DNA of 63,203 nucleotides, filler included, from Octopus bimaculoides (taxonomy: Eukaryota): NCBI RefSeq assembly GCF_001194135.2. It is 3 parts of 2 records of this genome, joined end to end, with 100 filler letters (N's around TTAATTAATTAA, not from the genome) between each part and the next. Parts side by side here need not be neighbours in the genome. Positions count along the whole stretch, not along the records: positions 23,134 to 54,693 come from NC_068992.1; 2 more parts are not named here. One strand, 5' to 3'. Below, piece after piece: positions 25,523-38,229 of the stretch. The notes beneath the pieces are model-generated. The model made no database searches. It was not told the origin of the DNA and worked only from the letters and a program-made list of their open reading frames with translations. Numbering within the stretch: the first letter of the stretch is position 1; each line of letters begins with the position of its first letter. Both the position numbers and the translations under genes were made by a program.

Positions 25523-26082
25523 CATGACGGAACATAAAGATCTTCCGCATTTGGAGGCAGCGCCTTGTGGACGTAATTAGAAGTTGAGAGGCGGGACAGG
25601 TTTCATTTTAAAAGGTATGATCCAGCATTGCTGTAGTCATTATTAATTCCTTAAACACTTCTTTCGTTTTTTAAGTTCTACCATTTTCGTGTTCGTCGTT
25701 AATTACTCAAATACTTAAGGGGAGACGTAGGGTGGCCGGCAAGGTCACCAGGTTTAAGCCCTTGTGGCCTTTCCCTTTGGGTATACCTAAAGGAAAAGGT
25801 TTTCCGACACCATCCTGGAACTCTTGAGGACTTGAAAGAAAGGATTCTGGGGGAAATCAACGCAATAACACCTGTGACACAAATAGTCTTGGAGAACTTC
25901 GAGGAACGACTGCATCAATCTATTGTCAACAACGGCCGTCATTTGCCTAATATAGTCTTTAAAACCCAGTAAAATAAACTGTTTTTATCTTCTTTTCAGA
26001 AACAAAATAAATTTGTTTCTGGATGGTTGAGTTCTCTGTTTATATTCATGCACAATGTCGGAGATCTTTATGCTTCATCCTG
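25523..26082 (+). mobile_element. Non-autonomous IS630/Tc1/mariner element (560 bp) with both TIRs and TA flanks
   Basis: Left TIR catgacggaacataaagatct versus reverse complement of right TIR caggatgaagcataaagatct (17/21). TA at 25521-22 and 26083-84. Retained C-terminal coding WPARSPGLSPCGLSLWVYLKEKVF...TLEDLKERI...NGRHL (~25718-25972). Confidence 0.88.
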
Positions 26083-27289
26083 TATATAAGTAGGGCAGAA
26101 GAGTGTAACAGAAATAGAGGTGACGGGGGAGGGCACAAGGGACCTAGTTTCTTAATTTTACATTTATGATTATTTTTCTTCTGCTAAATATTACGAATCC
26201 AGCGACCAGCTATGAAATATATAAGCGGCCATTTCAATAAAATATTCTCTTAGTGTGCAGTTAACTTTCTCTTTATTAGACATCGGAAACCTTATGTTTT
26301 AATATGATAGAAATATGTATAATTTTGTAGATCAACACAGTGATGCATTCATAGCTACTTCAAGAAGTATGGTAACATTGATGATTCTCCTTGGTGGAAT
26401 AGTGAACACATTTGTCTCACATTACTGGTTCTTCAAAACGTAACTATATCCAAACTGTATAATGAACTTTCACTATATTGAATATACTGCTACCAAATTA
26501 ACTCAACTACGTATATATGAAGTTTTGTATATACATACATGATCCACAGAATGGGAGCGCTTCTCTGAGGAGAACCATTGAGAACGAAAATTATCTGTAG
26601 TTGTCAGTGATCAAATTGCTAGAATTCATTTATTGGATATCGTGTATGCGAATTGATTATAACAAGAAGATTTTGTGCGTTTGCTTTGGTTTTTCGTTTT
26701 GAGTTGTCAACCTTCAAAGCATTTAAGAAGTGTTCAATAATTTTCGCATCTTTTCCATTAAAAGTGTTATCTATCTTTTAAGTTAATTAAAGTTATCACA
26801 TTCAACAAAGTGTGTAGGCGCTACTTCTCCGAATTTAGAGATCACGTCTCCGGTACTACGATGTGGGATTAGAATGTCACAAGAAAGAATCGCATGGCAG
26901 GTGCTTCCAGCCTGGCAGTTTAGCAGGAGATTTCCACGAAGGGGGAGACGATAGGAGAATCCAGCCGGAGATTGTTTTGACAGTTGCTTCTAATAGAAGT
27001 GCATGAAACAGGACTCTTTCTCTATCTCTCCCTCTCTCTATATCACTCTATCTCTCTTTCGCTCTTTCTTTCTTGCTTTCTCTCTCCCCTCACTCTCTCT
27101 CTCACGATTCTCCCAGGAATAGAGGACTGAGAATACAGATGGATGGACGGATGGCTCAATCGATAACTGGAATGATAACTGGGTCGATGAACGTAAAGTA
27201 TAGTAGGGCCTTTTCTAAGATGTTATTGCAAAGCAAACTCAGACAACAGTGGTACTGTAAGTCTAAATCTAATGACATAAACCGACTTT

Positions 27290-27525
27290 GGAGTGGATGT
27301 GTGGTAAGTAGCTTGCTTACGAACCACATGGTTCCAGGTTCAGTACCACAGCGTGGCGCTTTGGCAAGTGTCTTCTACTATAGCCTCAGGCCGACCAAAG
27401 CCTTGTGAGTGGATTTGGTAGACAGAAACTGAAAGAAGCCTGTCGTATATATGTATATATATATATATCTATATATATGTGCGTGCGTGTGTGTGTGCGT
27501 GTGTGTGTGCATGTGTGTGTGCGTG

Positions 27526-27563
<38 letters not shown>

Positions 27564-27760
27564 TCCCCCCCAACATCGCTTGACAACCGATGCTGGTGTG
27601 TTTACGTCCCCGTAACATAGCGGTTCGCCAAAAAAGACGGATAGAATAAGCACTAGGCTTACAAAAGAATAAGACCTGGGGTCGATTTGCTCGACTAAAG
27701 GGTGTGCTCCAGCATGGCCACAATCAAATGACTGAAACAAGTAAAAGAGTAAAAAGAGAG
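27290..27760 (+). mobile_element. SINE family A, full length, with internal (TA)n(TG)n tract
   Basis: tRNA-like head (gtgtggtaagtagcttgct...ggttcagtaccac), body, internal microsatellite and (GAGTAAAA)-type tail. Close match to 40263-40680 and to the reverse complement of 34700-35124. Confidence 0.9.
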
Positions 27761-27936
27761 TCTATTACTTTAGGAATGTTGACAGAATATTTCTCGAGGA
27801 CGTATCGTATAAATACACGATGCATATAAACTTGGATAATATTGACGTACAGTACATATTCTGCGAGTCTAATTGATGCAGCAAGTATATAGCTACTGGT
27901 GTATGTATAGATGTATTCATCTATGTATGCATAGAC

Positions 27937-27984
<48 letters not shown>

Positions 27985-29768
27985 NNNNNNNNNNNNNNNN
28001 NNNNNNNNNNNNNNNNNNNNNNNNNNNNNNNNNNNNNNNNNNNNNNNNNNNNNNNNNNNNNNNNNNNNNNNNNNNNNNNNNNNNNNNNNNNNNNNNNNNN
28101 NNNNNNNNNNNNNNNNNNNNNNNNNNNNNNNNNNNNNNNNNNNNNNNNNNNNNNNNNNNNNNNNNNNNNNNNNNNNNNNNNNNNNNNNNNNNNNNNNNNN
28201 NNNNNNNNNNNNNNNNNNNNNNNNNNNNNNNNNNNNNNNNNNNNNNNNNNNNNNNNNNNNNNNNNNNNNNNNNNNNNNNNNNNNNNNNNNNNNNNNNNNN
28301 NNNNNNNNNNNNNNNNNNNNNNNNNNNNNNNNNNNNNNNNNNNNNNNNNNNNNNNNNNNNNNNNNNNNNNNNNNNNNNNNNNNNNNNNNNNNNNNNNNNN
28401 NNNNNNNNNNNNNNNNNNNNNNNNNNNNNNNNNNNNNNNNNNNNNNNNNNNNNNNNNNNNNNNNNNNNNNNNNNNNNNNNNNNNNNNNNNNNNNNNNNNN
28501 NNNNNNNNNNNNNNNNNNNNNNNNNNNNNNNNNNNNNNNNNNNNNNNNNNNNNNNNNTATATATATATATATATATATTATATTATATATACAGATATAT
28601 ATATGCATATATATATATGTGTATATATATATGTATTTACATATATATATATATACGCACATACACATACATACATATGTACGTATGAATTGAAGTGAAT
28701 ATGTGTGTGCGTGCATGTATGTATACGTATATATATATATATGTATATAGATATAATATATATAATATATATATATGTATCTACATACACACACTTATAT
28801 ATACATGTGTGTGTATGTATGTATATATGTATGTATGTATTGTGTTTATACGCGTATTTGTTTAAATCTAATAGGTGAGTAAAAAGATGGATATGTGATA
28901 TTAAAGAGATGAAAACTGCAATATCAACAACAACAACAGCAGTAGCAGCAGTGTCAGCAACAACAACAACAACAACAACGGTTTCATCGACAGATTTTCC
29001 ATGATTATTTTAAGTAATATATCGGCAGGTATAATCAACTGAACAAACACGAAACCAAAGTGGAAATTTCAAACATTGAATATTTTATTTGCAGTTTGTT
29101 TCTTGAATTTCGTTTTTATAAAGTGTTTTCGATTTTAATTAAAACACAACCAGTTAACATTTAATACATTCCATGTAATTTACAAACTGCATACATGGAA
29201 AACTGTAATGTCTCGAGAAATTCTTTCGCGTAACGGATGGCATAGAGTGCCGAGCTAAAAGTCTAAGGTATTCGTTTATAGGTCGGAATTGTTTATAAAT
29301 CACATCATACTGATGTTCTTTCTTCATCTGTGTGTCTGTCTACCTCTCTACCTATTCATCCATCCATCCACCTATCTACCAATATATCTATTTTTTTAAA
29401 CATAAATATGTCTCAGCTAAAATTGGCCCACTATATGCACCTTAATAGAGCCATCTGGTAGAGCCTACCGAGTCATTTTCAAATGTAGTTTTGTTGTATC
29501 ACAACCCGTTCAAGACATGAGTAGGTAGTTGTTATTGGTTGGGATATAACCAAGTGTAGTTAGTTAGGCTGGCATCCATCGGCTAAATTTTGTCCAAATA
29601 TCGTTTGAAGGTTATCGGATTTCTTCTTCCTTGATTTAATTTTTGTTAATTTTAGATAGAGTAGGACTTTTAAATAAATAGTAATTATGTTGCGATGTGG
29701 ATGTGTGTGCTTGGAGCAGCAATTGTACGGGATAATCATATCCCGTCTGATTAAAAAGGATCTGGACT

Positions 29769-29782
29769 GTTGCTATGGTAAC
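29769..29782. promoter_or_regulatory. RFX X-box motif GTTGCTATGGTAAC
   Basis: Perfect fit to the GTHNYY-AT-RRNAAC consensus. Flanked by an 8-bp inverted repeat (29727-29746), CCAAT (29802-29806) and a 10-bp direct repeat. Function is untested. Confidence 0.5.
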
Positions 29783-30519
29783 ATGCACAACGTGCACAGA
29801 GCCAATGTGCACAGAGTGAAGCCGCTTACCGCTGATTAAGCTTAAACAGTCATGCATACACACTAAGGCATAATGTTCACGCTCACTTCTGTTTTATATA
29901 GTAGAGCTTGGAATGATCTATGTATATTTTATGTTTATATGTCTAAAGGCAGGATTTTCTCCGAGGACGAGCTCCGAAGCGGAGATCTGCTCATGTGGAA
30001 GTGCACTCGACCATGTTGGATATGGCTTTAGATGTGTATAATATTTGTTTTCTATTTTTTCAATGCCTGTAGTTACCGACGTATTAAATCTGTCGAAACG
30101 AAGGGATATATCATTTCCCATAGTCGCAGACGTATTTAGGGTTATTGTAAAATATGGGTTTATTTGATTAAAAAACATGTCACACGTATTAAGAACAATA
30201 TATTGTATTCAAAATATTTAAGAATCATTGACGTAGCATTTTGAAAATATGAACATACGACCCATTTAACATTTGTCAGAGAATCAGGATCAAGAGAAAT
30301 TAGAACTATATATGATGTTTTTGATGGCTATAAGTGGTCTATTGTGCATCCTAAGCTGTCGTTATATATACGGAGTGACTATTATGTTATACATTATATG
30401 TGTTACGTATGTGCACGGTGGAATAATTCGTCTGGACGTATAGTCACACAAATATACGCGCGCGCACGCACACACACGCGCGCACACATTCATATATGCA
30501 TACACACACACATACATAC

Positions 30520-30600
<81 letters not shown>

Positions 30601-30660
30601 CAGTAGAACATCGGTTTTCAAACAACTCTGATCACGAATAAATCGTGATTTATATATATA

Positions 30661-30945
30661 TAGCATATGGTGTAATGGTTAAAAACGCGGGCTACTAACC
30701 CCGAGATTCCGAGTTCGATTCCAGGTTGTGACCTAAATGATAATAATAATAATAATAAGAAGAAGAAGAAGAAGAAGAAGAAGAACAACAACAACAACGT
30801 CAACATCGAAAAATACCTTAAGAATGAGAACCCAGGTTCAAAATTTCCCCAAGACGCCTGATAAAGGCTGGAGGGTATACCAGCCAAAATGTTGTGTTAA
30901 CAACAAACAAGATGAGAACAAATATCGTCAATTGTAAATAATGTA

Positions 30946-30950
<5 letters not shown>
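30661..30950 (+). mobile_element. tRNA-headed SINE (family C) with internal (AAT)(AAG)(AAC) tract and a hammerhead-like 3' module
   Basis: A box TGGTGTAATGG (30668-78), B box GTTCGATTCC (30713-22). At 30853-30898: gacgc-CTGATAA-a-ggctgg-agggtata-ccagcc-AAAAT-GTT-gtgtt. Tail tgtaaataatgtaaataa. Confidence 0.8.
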
Positions 30951-31039
<89 letters not shown>

Positions 31040-31042
<3 letters not shown>

Positions 31043-31290
31043 ATGTCGTTATTGTATGTTTTTAATTTCGCGCATGTGCATTGTTTGTTTTGGATTTTGT
31101 CGACTACATAGTATAGTGGAGTCAGTTGGTCACCGTCTGTAAGAAAAATAGCACCTCGATGCAATTTACTCTGCCAGAAAGTTGGAAACCACTTGCTATG
31201 CTGTCTGGCATTCGCACCGGAAGCTCCAATACGAACATTTCAGAGTGTTTGGGTGTCAATCTAAGGACAGTGCAATCTGAGGATATGTAC
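31040..31290 (+). mobile_element. Tc1/mariner-superfamily 5' fragment (N-terminal HTH)
   Basis: From 31159: MQFTLPESWKPLAMLSGIRTGSSNTNISECLGVNLRTVQ. The I-S-x-x-LGV-x-x-RTVQ motif is HTH-like. Confidence 0.6.
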
Positions 31291-31355
31291 CGAGAGTGAT
31301 AAAAGTCAAACATCCAGTCAACATCTCTGTCGACATTATTTATTTCCCATTAAAT

Positions 31356-31546
31356 GTAGCGAGCTGGCGGAATCATTAGCGCACCGGACTAATTGCTTTT
31401 CAGCTTGTTGTCCGTCCTTACGCTCTGAGTCCAAACACCCACGAGGTTGACTTTGCTTTCATCTTTTCGTGGTTGATAAAATAAGTACAAGGTAAGATCA
31501 AGGGTGTCCCTAAAATTTCAGATCTTGTGCCTATGGTAGAAACAAT
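31356..31546 (+). mobile_element. SINE family B, degraded
   Basis: gcgagctggcggaatcattagcgcaccgg...ctctgagtccaaa...gaggttgactttgctttcatc...gataaaataagtac. Confidence 0.8.
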
Positions 31547-32931
31547 TATTTACGTACTATTTTTAACATTCAAAATTAAAAAAATAGCAGTTATTCTAAA
31601 AAAAAAACAAAAAAAAAAAACAAGAAACATTCACCGTTTCAAGTTTATTAAAACACATATTTCTGTAAATATATGATATCTCTTGGAAAAATTCCTTGAA
31701 ATATTATTTCCTAATTTAATTGGTTAATTTAATTCTTTCTATACCAAAGGCAAGATCATTAATAGCTCAATTAACAAATAAAAAGGTATTGAAAAGATTG
31801 TTCTTTATAGAAAATTCGGACGTGCTAAACAATCATTCAGGAAATGAATCGAACTATTTTTCTAAACGAAAAATATTCTATTCACTTTACAATTTCTAAT
31901 ACACTGAAATCAATATCAAACTGCATCATTTCCTTCCGCTTTACAATTGCACCCGATATGAATTTTGCACCTGATTAGCATTAAAATCAACAAATACCTA
32001 TTACTATTTCGTTTTGTGTAATCGTGACTGAAATTGCATTCAAAATTATGATCTTTTATATTTTTCTGTCATGATCTTATTTCTTTTTCTTGTCCTTTTT
32101 TTCTCCTTCCTTACTGAAGTTTCCGACTTTAAGAGAAACGTTCCTTGGAAACAGTTGGGCAATTTTATGTCTGCTACCAGTAAATATAAATATCGTACTA
32201 ACCGTTCGTTTCTTATCGCATATAAACATTCCTTGCAATATAATGATGTAATTTGGAATAAAAAAGAATTTTAAAATAATACACCACATCTGATGTCATT
32301 AAAATGTAATTTCCCATGTATATGCATATACATCTATATCTATCTATCTTCCCTCTCTCTGTCTCTGTCTCTGTCTCTCTCTNNNNNNNNNNNNNNNNNN
32401 NNNNNNNNNNNNNNNNNNNNNNNNNNNNNNNNNNNNNNNNNNNNNNNNNNNNNNNNNNNNNNNNNNNNNNNNNNNNNNNNNNNNNNNNNNNNNNNNNNNN
32501 NNNNNNNNNNNNNNNNNNNNNNNNNNNNNNNNNNNNNNNNNNTATATATATATGGAGGGGGTGTTTGTGTGTGTAGTAATCGTAGTATACAGTATCATGG
32601 ATCCTTTTCAGCCGATGTTACCAACCGTTTCGTTTGCAGCAGATGTTAGTCAGCTAGACATTAAAGAAAAGGGAAGTTATCAGAATACACGTACTCTTCA
32701 GAGATGTACGTGAATTTAGATACACGCCTAACTACTTAACATCCGGTTATCTAATGCCCATTACGAAACAGATTGGTAAAAGCCGCTGAAATGCATGTAT
32801 AACACTGTATGCATGTATAACACTGTATGCATGTATGAATGTATGTGTGTATGTATATTATGTGTGTATGTATGTATTTAAGTATGTATTTAATGCTAAT
32901 TTCACAAAAATTACAAGATTATATATATGTT

Positions 32932-33159
32932 TTTATTGCCCACAGGGGGCTAAACATAGAGGGGACAAACAAGGAAAGACAAAAGGATTAAGTCGATTAC
33001 ACCAACTCCAGTGCATAGCTGGTACTTATTTAATCGACCCTGAGAGGATGAAAGGCAAAGTCGACCTCAGCGGAATTTGAACTCAGGACATAACGGCAGA
33101 CGAAATACCGCCAAGTATTTCGCCTGGCGTGCTAACGTTTCTGCCAGCTCGCCACCTTA
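32932..33159 (-). mobile_element. SINE family B with an alternative 3' end
   Basis: The reverse complement matches 53038-53200 in head and body. The tail differs (tttattgcccacagggggctaaacatagagggg). Confidence 0.85.
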
Positions 33160-34208
33160 CAAGAGAATATTGAGTAGGCTTAAACGTCCTTACTGGTAGA
33201 TCTGCTCTAGACCTATGAGCGAGGTTTAAACAACTATAGTAACTCAGGAAGAAGATGAGATGCATTTATTTAACTATATCCTTTTGAGTTGTTTTTTTTT
33301 CCTTTTCTTTTTCTGAATGGACAGAATTATTGTCATATGGAACAGTATTCGGGAAACATTGTATATCCTGCTTAAAATTTTTTTACATCATCTGTAACAG
33401 ATACATTGTTACGAGGACAATTACTGTGACAAATTTCCATCATTATAAAAATGCCATCTTACCGATCTATTCTACCAGCGAGACATACATGTAAATGTGT
33501 TTAAATTATGGGAATTTAAGTATTTTGGAGCTTAAAATAGACAATAGAGATACAATTTTAGAAACACATGTGAGAATTTACTAATAATCCATTGAAACTG
33601 CATTCCTATTCTTGCATTCAGCGTGTGAGAAAACGGCGGGGAGTTAGTATATTACAGAATATTTTGTTTCATTTCTATAAGAAGTTAATAAAAATGTAAT
33701 ATTTTTGTCGCATTTCTTTTTTCGAAATAACAATAAAACGTAATGGTACTTTCGTAATCGTTTATAGGGTTTCTCAGTTATAATTACGATATAATCAGTT
33801 TGAAGCAATTCTAGAGACAGAGAAATATGACTGCTTCATATTAAATATCAAGTATTATATGAAGTATTATATTTAAATATATAAAAATTCAAGTATAAAA
33901 CATTTTTTTTTAAAATTTCAGCCGCTGATTTTGCAACAAGTAAAGTAGCTAGTTCTAAAATCGCCATAAGATATCTAACTTTTCAAAATATTTGTATATA
34001 TCATACAATGTGCGACGAATTACCGATAACACAGATGCCTCTATGCTTTTGAGCGGTTGAATATAGCAGGTAAATTGCCTTCAAATCACATCAAACCAGA
34101 GTATGTTAAGGACGAAAAATCCTATAGCATGTTGTCTTTAGTAAACAAATCACGGGTTGTTTATACCTGAGTCACTTTTCCTCAAGAAACCATCCGACTC
34201 GGCCTCAC

Positions 34209-34265
34209 CTGAACAGTAGCTATAACAACGACAGCAACAGCAGCAAGAATGAGTGATGTAACAAT
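34209..34265 (-). CDS. Weak candidate 57-nt internal exon (hydrophobic peptide in phase 0)
   Basis: actatttcag|ATTGTT...GTTCAG|gtgagg. Phase 0 reads IVTSLILAAVAVVVIATVQ. It overlaps the antisense tail of a family-E repeat. Confidence 0.2.
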
Positions 34266-34699
34266 CTGAAATAGTACACATGAATGACACATTACAAGTA
34301 TGAATGGACTACGCTTACATGCAGAAAGAATACTGCTCTGCAGCAATGCTCGGAGAATGGTTCTTCATGTAATATTATTTGTCACTAATATAACCAGCAA
34401 CGTTCTGAAAGTCTGAAAATTTCAATATCAGTTGGTTCTGGAGATGAAACGTAATTAATTATGTTATGTATGTGAGTAATACGGTGACAGTAATTGCAAA
34501 AGAAACTAATTCAAGTGACTACTTAAGTAAATCCTGTAAGATGTTGTAAATGACTGAAACCAAGGAGACGATATATTACATATGTTGTTCAATCATCCTA
34601 CAATATTTCGGGCAAAATTCTCCTTTTCAGAAGGATGAAACAAAAGATATAAACCAAAACGTTCAAAGAAATGTGTCGTTATCTACAGAAATTTATTAA

Positions 34700-35124
34700 C
34701 TCTTTTTTACTCTTTTACTTGTTTCAGTCATTTGACTGCAGCCATGCTGGAACACCACCTTTAGTCGAACAAATCGACACCAAGATTTATTCTTTGTAAG
34801 CCTAGTACTTATTCTATCAGTCTCTTTTGCCGAACAGCTAAGTTACGGGGACGTAAACACACTAGCATCGGATGTCAAGGGATGTTGGAGGGACAAACAC
34901 AGACACACAAACACACACACACACACACACACACTCACACACATCAATATACATATACATATATACGACCGACTTCTTTCAGTTTCCATCTACCAAATCC
35001 ACTCACAAAGCTTTGGTCGGCCCGAGGCTATAGTAGAAGACACTTGCCCAAGATACCACGCAGTGGGACTGAATCCGGCACCATGTTGTTGGTAAGCAAG
35101 CTACTTACCACACAGCCACTCCTG
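34700..35124 (-). mobile_element. SINE family A, full length
   Basis: Reverse complement of the 27290-27760/40263-40680 family, including the internal (CA)n/(TA)n tract. Confidence 0.9.
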
Positions 35125-35424
35125 AATTTTATTTAACTCCGCATTTGCATTATTAAAACATCTTTTTGACATGTATAGCATTTAAACATAAAACAAAGTT
35201 ACAAACAATCTGCAGTACTATGATATTTATTAATATATTTCTAACTGAATTGAAACTGCAATATGTTACAAAACCAAGTAAAGAAAATATACCGAACAAA
35301 AATCCAGTTTGACACGCGTTGAATTTTGTGAGTTTATATTTTCTTTTATATCATTTCGCAATAACGTTACAACAAAACAATGTTAAACGATCTATGTTAA
35401 GCGAAAGACTGCTTGTGAATGTAT

Positions 35425-35538
<114 letters not shown>

Positions 35539-36159
35539 TCATAACATTTATTTTGACACCTAACACATTAACTCTTTGTATTTTGCTGACAGAATTGCAA
35601 GCTATCCGCAGTAAATATTTGGTATATATGAAGATCGGCAGAATCATAAGCTGTCCTAATTATTTCTGTATTTCGCACATTACCACATCATTAAAACCAA
35701 GGTTCTTAGTGAAGGGAGCAAAAATATTGAACAACACCTTTGACACCAGGATGATCTAAACAGGACGCAAACAAGATCTACTAATGTTTCCGGTCGATTT
35801 CTCAACGAATTTTGTTCAATAATTCATTCTAAGATAGAAATAAGGTGACATTCCCCGGAACATAAATTAAGGATGGTTATATTGTTCCCGGTTATTGAGG
35901 TTATTTCAACAAACGGGCCGCAATGTGGCCGCCAAGCTTGCTAGAAATAGCAAATAAATCTCCCTCAGACCACACCACTCTCTACCTATACAAGGACATA
36001 GTTGATTAATGTAGCAAATGTTTATTATTTTTGAATGAAAGAAAAAATACGATGTGTTGTTTACGACTTGGATTTTCTGTTTATAAATTCCACATTGTAA
36101 GCTAACCTATTGTTAAACAGCAATCGCTGCAGAAATTTTAATTTACTGGCCTGCCGTTT

Positions 36160-36462
36160 GTAACGATGGTGAGCGCTCAAGTCGATTCGATCAACTGAAC
36201 AACTTAGCCATGAAATTAACGTGTAAGTGGTTGAGTACCCACCAGACACGCATATTTTTAACGTAACTCTTAGAGAGATTCAGCGTGAGACAATATGTAA
36301 CAAGGCTGAACCTTTGAAATCCAAGTCCTACTCCTTTTTGCTAGCTAGGTGGACCGGAGCAACATGAAATAAAGCGTCTTGTTCAAAGATACAACGCGCT
36401 TCCGGGTATTGACCTCACAACCTCACGATCGTGTACTAACTACCCTAACCACAAAGCCACGC
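36160..36462 (-). mobile_element. tRNA-headed SINE, family D
   Basis: The minus strand has a tRNA-like head (gcgtggctttgtggttagggtagttagtacacgatcgtgagg...caatacccgg), then cttgttcaaagat/ctttatttcatgttgctccggtccacc, matching 56341-56474. Confidence 0.7.
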
Positions 36463-37689
36463 AACTTTACTCAATATACATGAGAATGATGTGACTGGTA
36501 AAGTTGAGTTTGACTGAACCCAAAATGTAAAGAGTTGGAATTGAATATCACAAAGAATTTTGTCCGATGCTCTACCGATCCAGTCAGCCAACCCGTCTCA
36601 GGATTTCCTTTAATGAATGCAAATTTCCCTTGATTTATTCAATCAATTGGTCGTGGCAACATCCTGTAATGGGAAGTATGGAAGTCTCAACTCGTCACTT
36701 TCTCTTAAGTTTATAAGGTTACAATAGAAACGGCAATTTCTGCTGTCGAATAATAATTATTCTGTGCACACGCACTTCCATATAATAAGGTTTTAATCAA
36801 CAACGTCGCTGTCGTTGCAGTCTTCATCGTCACCATCGCCTCTTCATCAACAAAACAACAATAAGAGAACAGTATCGTTAACAACACGTTACATAGATCG
36901 TTTCCTACCTTAATTTAATTAACAATCTTTCAGTAGGTTGCATGTTAAATTTAGATGCCAGAGCTAACAGAATTAAATCAACAATACTTTTATATTAATG
37001 TATGCCACAAAGTAAATTGAGTGAACATTCGACTGGAATAGAAAGGGTTAAGGCGTAAAGGTGGAATTAACAATAACAACAAGAGCAATCTAACCTCTAA
37101 CAGCAACAGCAACGACAACAGCAATAAACACAACCAGCAGTAGCAGCTGAACCAACAACAATAAAAACAAATACAAATAACGAGATAAACGGAAACAGAT
37201 GCGGCAGACATGATGGAAATACGGACCTGATTTGAAAAAGTATTGATATTACGAACTAACACAAGATTCTCTACGCAGTGGCTGAGAAATAGCAAGCAAC
37301 TTTCCCTCAAATTTAAACCTGTCATGAATAGAAAAGTGCGGCTACATTGTGCGATATAATTGACTTCTTAAATTAAAAAAAGATCGGGATGGTCTAGACT
37401 GGAATGCCTCGGGTGATTTTGAAAGTAGTTCTCAACATCTGCTTCAACATCCTCGTACTCTGAATGATGTTTCACGACAACCAGTTTTCGTATGTTTCGA
37501 AAAAGAAAACAAACGCAGATAGTTCTAATCAAACGGGAATTAATTTTACACAGTGGCTTACTATCCGTATTTTCTGATATCCCACTCAGCGTTTAGCTCT
37601 TTCTATGTATTTCCCTTGATTAGAGCCGTCTATGTTAAGTCTTTGGTGGAAAGCATTAAACAACTGTTTCAAATATCGGGACAAGACCA

Positions 37690-37935
37690 GGAAATTTGAG
37701 GGAGAAGAGGAGACGATTACATCGAGTAGTACTTTATTTTATCGACCCTGAATGGAAAGCAAAGTTAACACCAACAGCATTTCAACACATCGACACCAGT
37801 GCTAAACTGGAGCTTATTTTATCGAGCGCCGTATGGTGAAAAGCAAAGTCGACATCTGCAGAATTTAATCTCAGAACGGAAGAAATGCCGCTATGCGTTT
37901 CACCCATTGCAATAACGGTTCTGCCAGATCATTGC
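37690..37935 (-). mobile_element. SINE family B with an internal tandem duplication
   Basis: The segment tattttatcga...aaagcaaagt occurs twice (~37735-37767 and ~37815-37850). Confidence 0.7.
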
Positions 37936-38229
37936 TTTAGGAAATTACTAAATAATGAAATTCATCCTCACCAATGATTTCTATATACTTTCTGACGCCA
38001 CATTATCTATTCCTAGATGTTTTATCCTAAATGTGTGCAAAATATAACTGTACAGGTTTAAGTATACTATTTCTAACAATCATATTGTCAAGATCCAATA
38101 AAAAATAGACGTGTAGCTTTTGCCCCTCACCAATATAAACTCATCCATTTTTAATGTGATTGAACTAGTTCACGTGCAATCAATGTATAGTTATCTAAGG
38201 ATTTACTAAAGTGAATGTGTTAAGTAGCT

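Noticed and set aside
27117-27256. Plus-strand exon-like unit (cccag|...|gtaagt, one open frame)
   Set aside because: The acceptor tract is a (CT)n microsatellite, the body includes degenerate GATG/GATA repeat, and the peptide is unrecognisable.
30661-30733. Possible tRNA gene (also heads at 19951, 40263, 53038, 56341)
   Set aside because: A and B boxes are present, but the acceptor and anticodon stems do not close and each head continues into a repeated SINE body.
32597-32713. Small plus-strand ORF MDPFQPMLPTVSFAADV...
   Set aside because: Only 38 codons, with no recognisable family or supporting signals.
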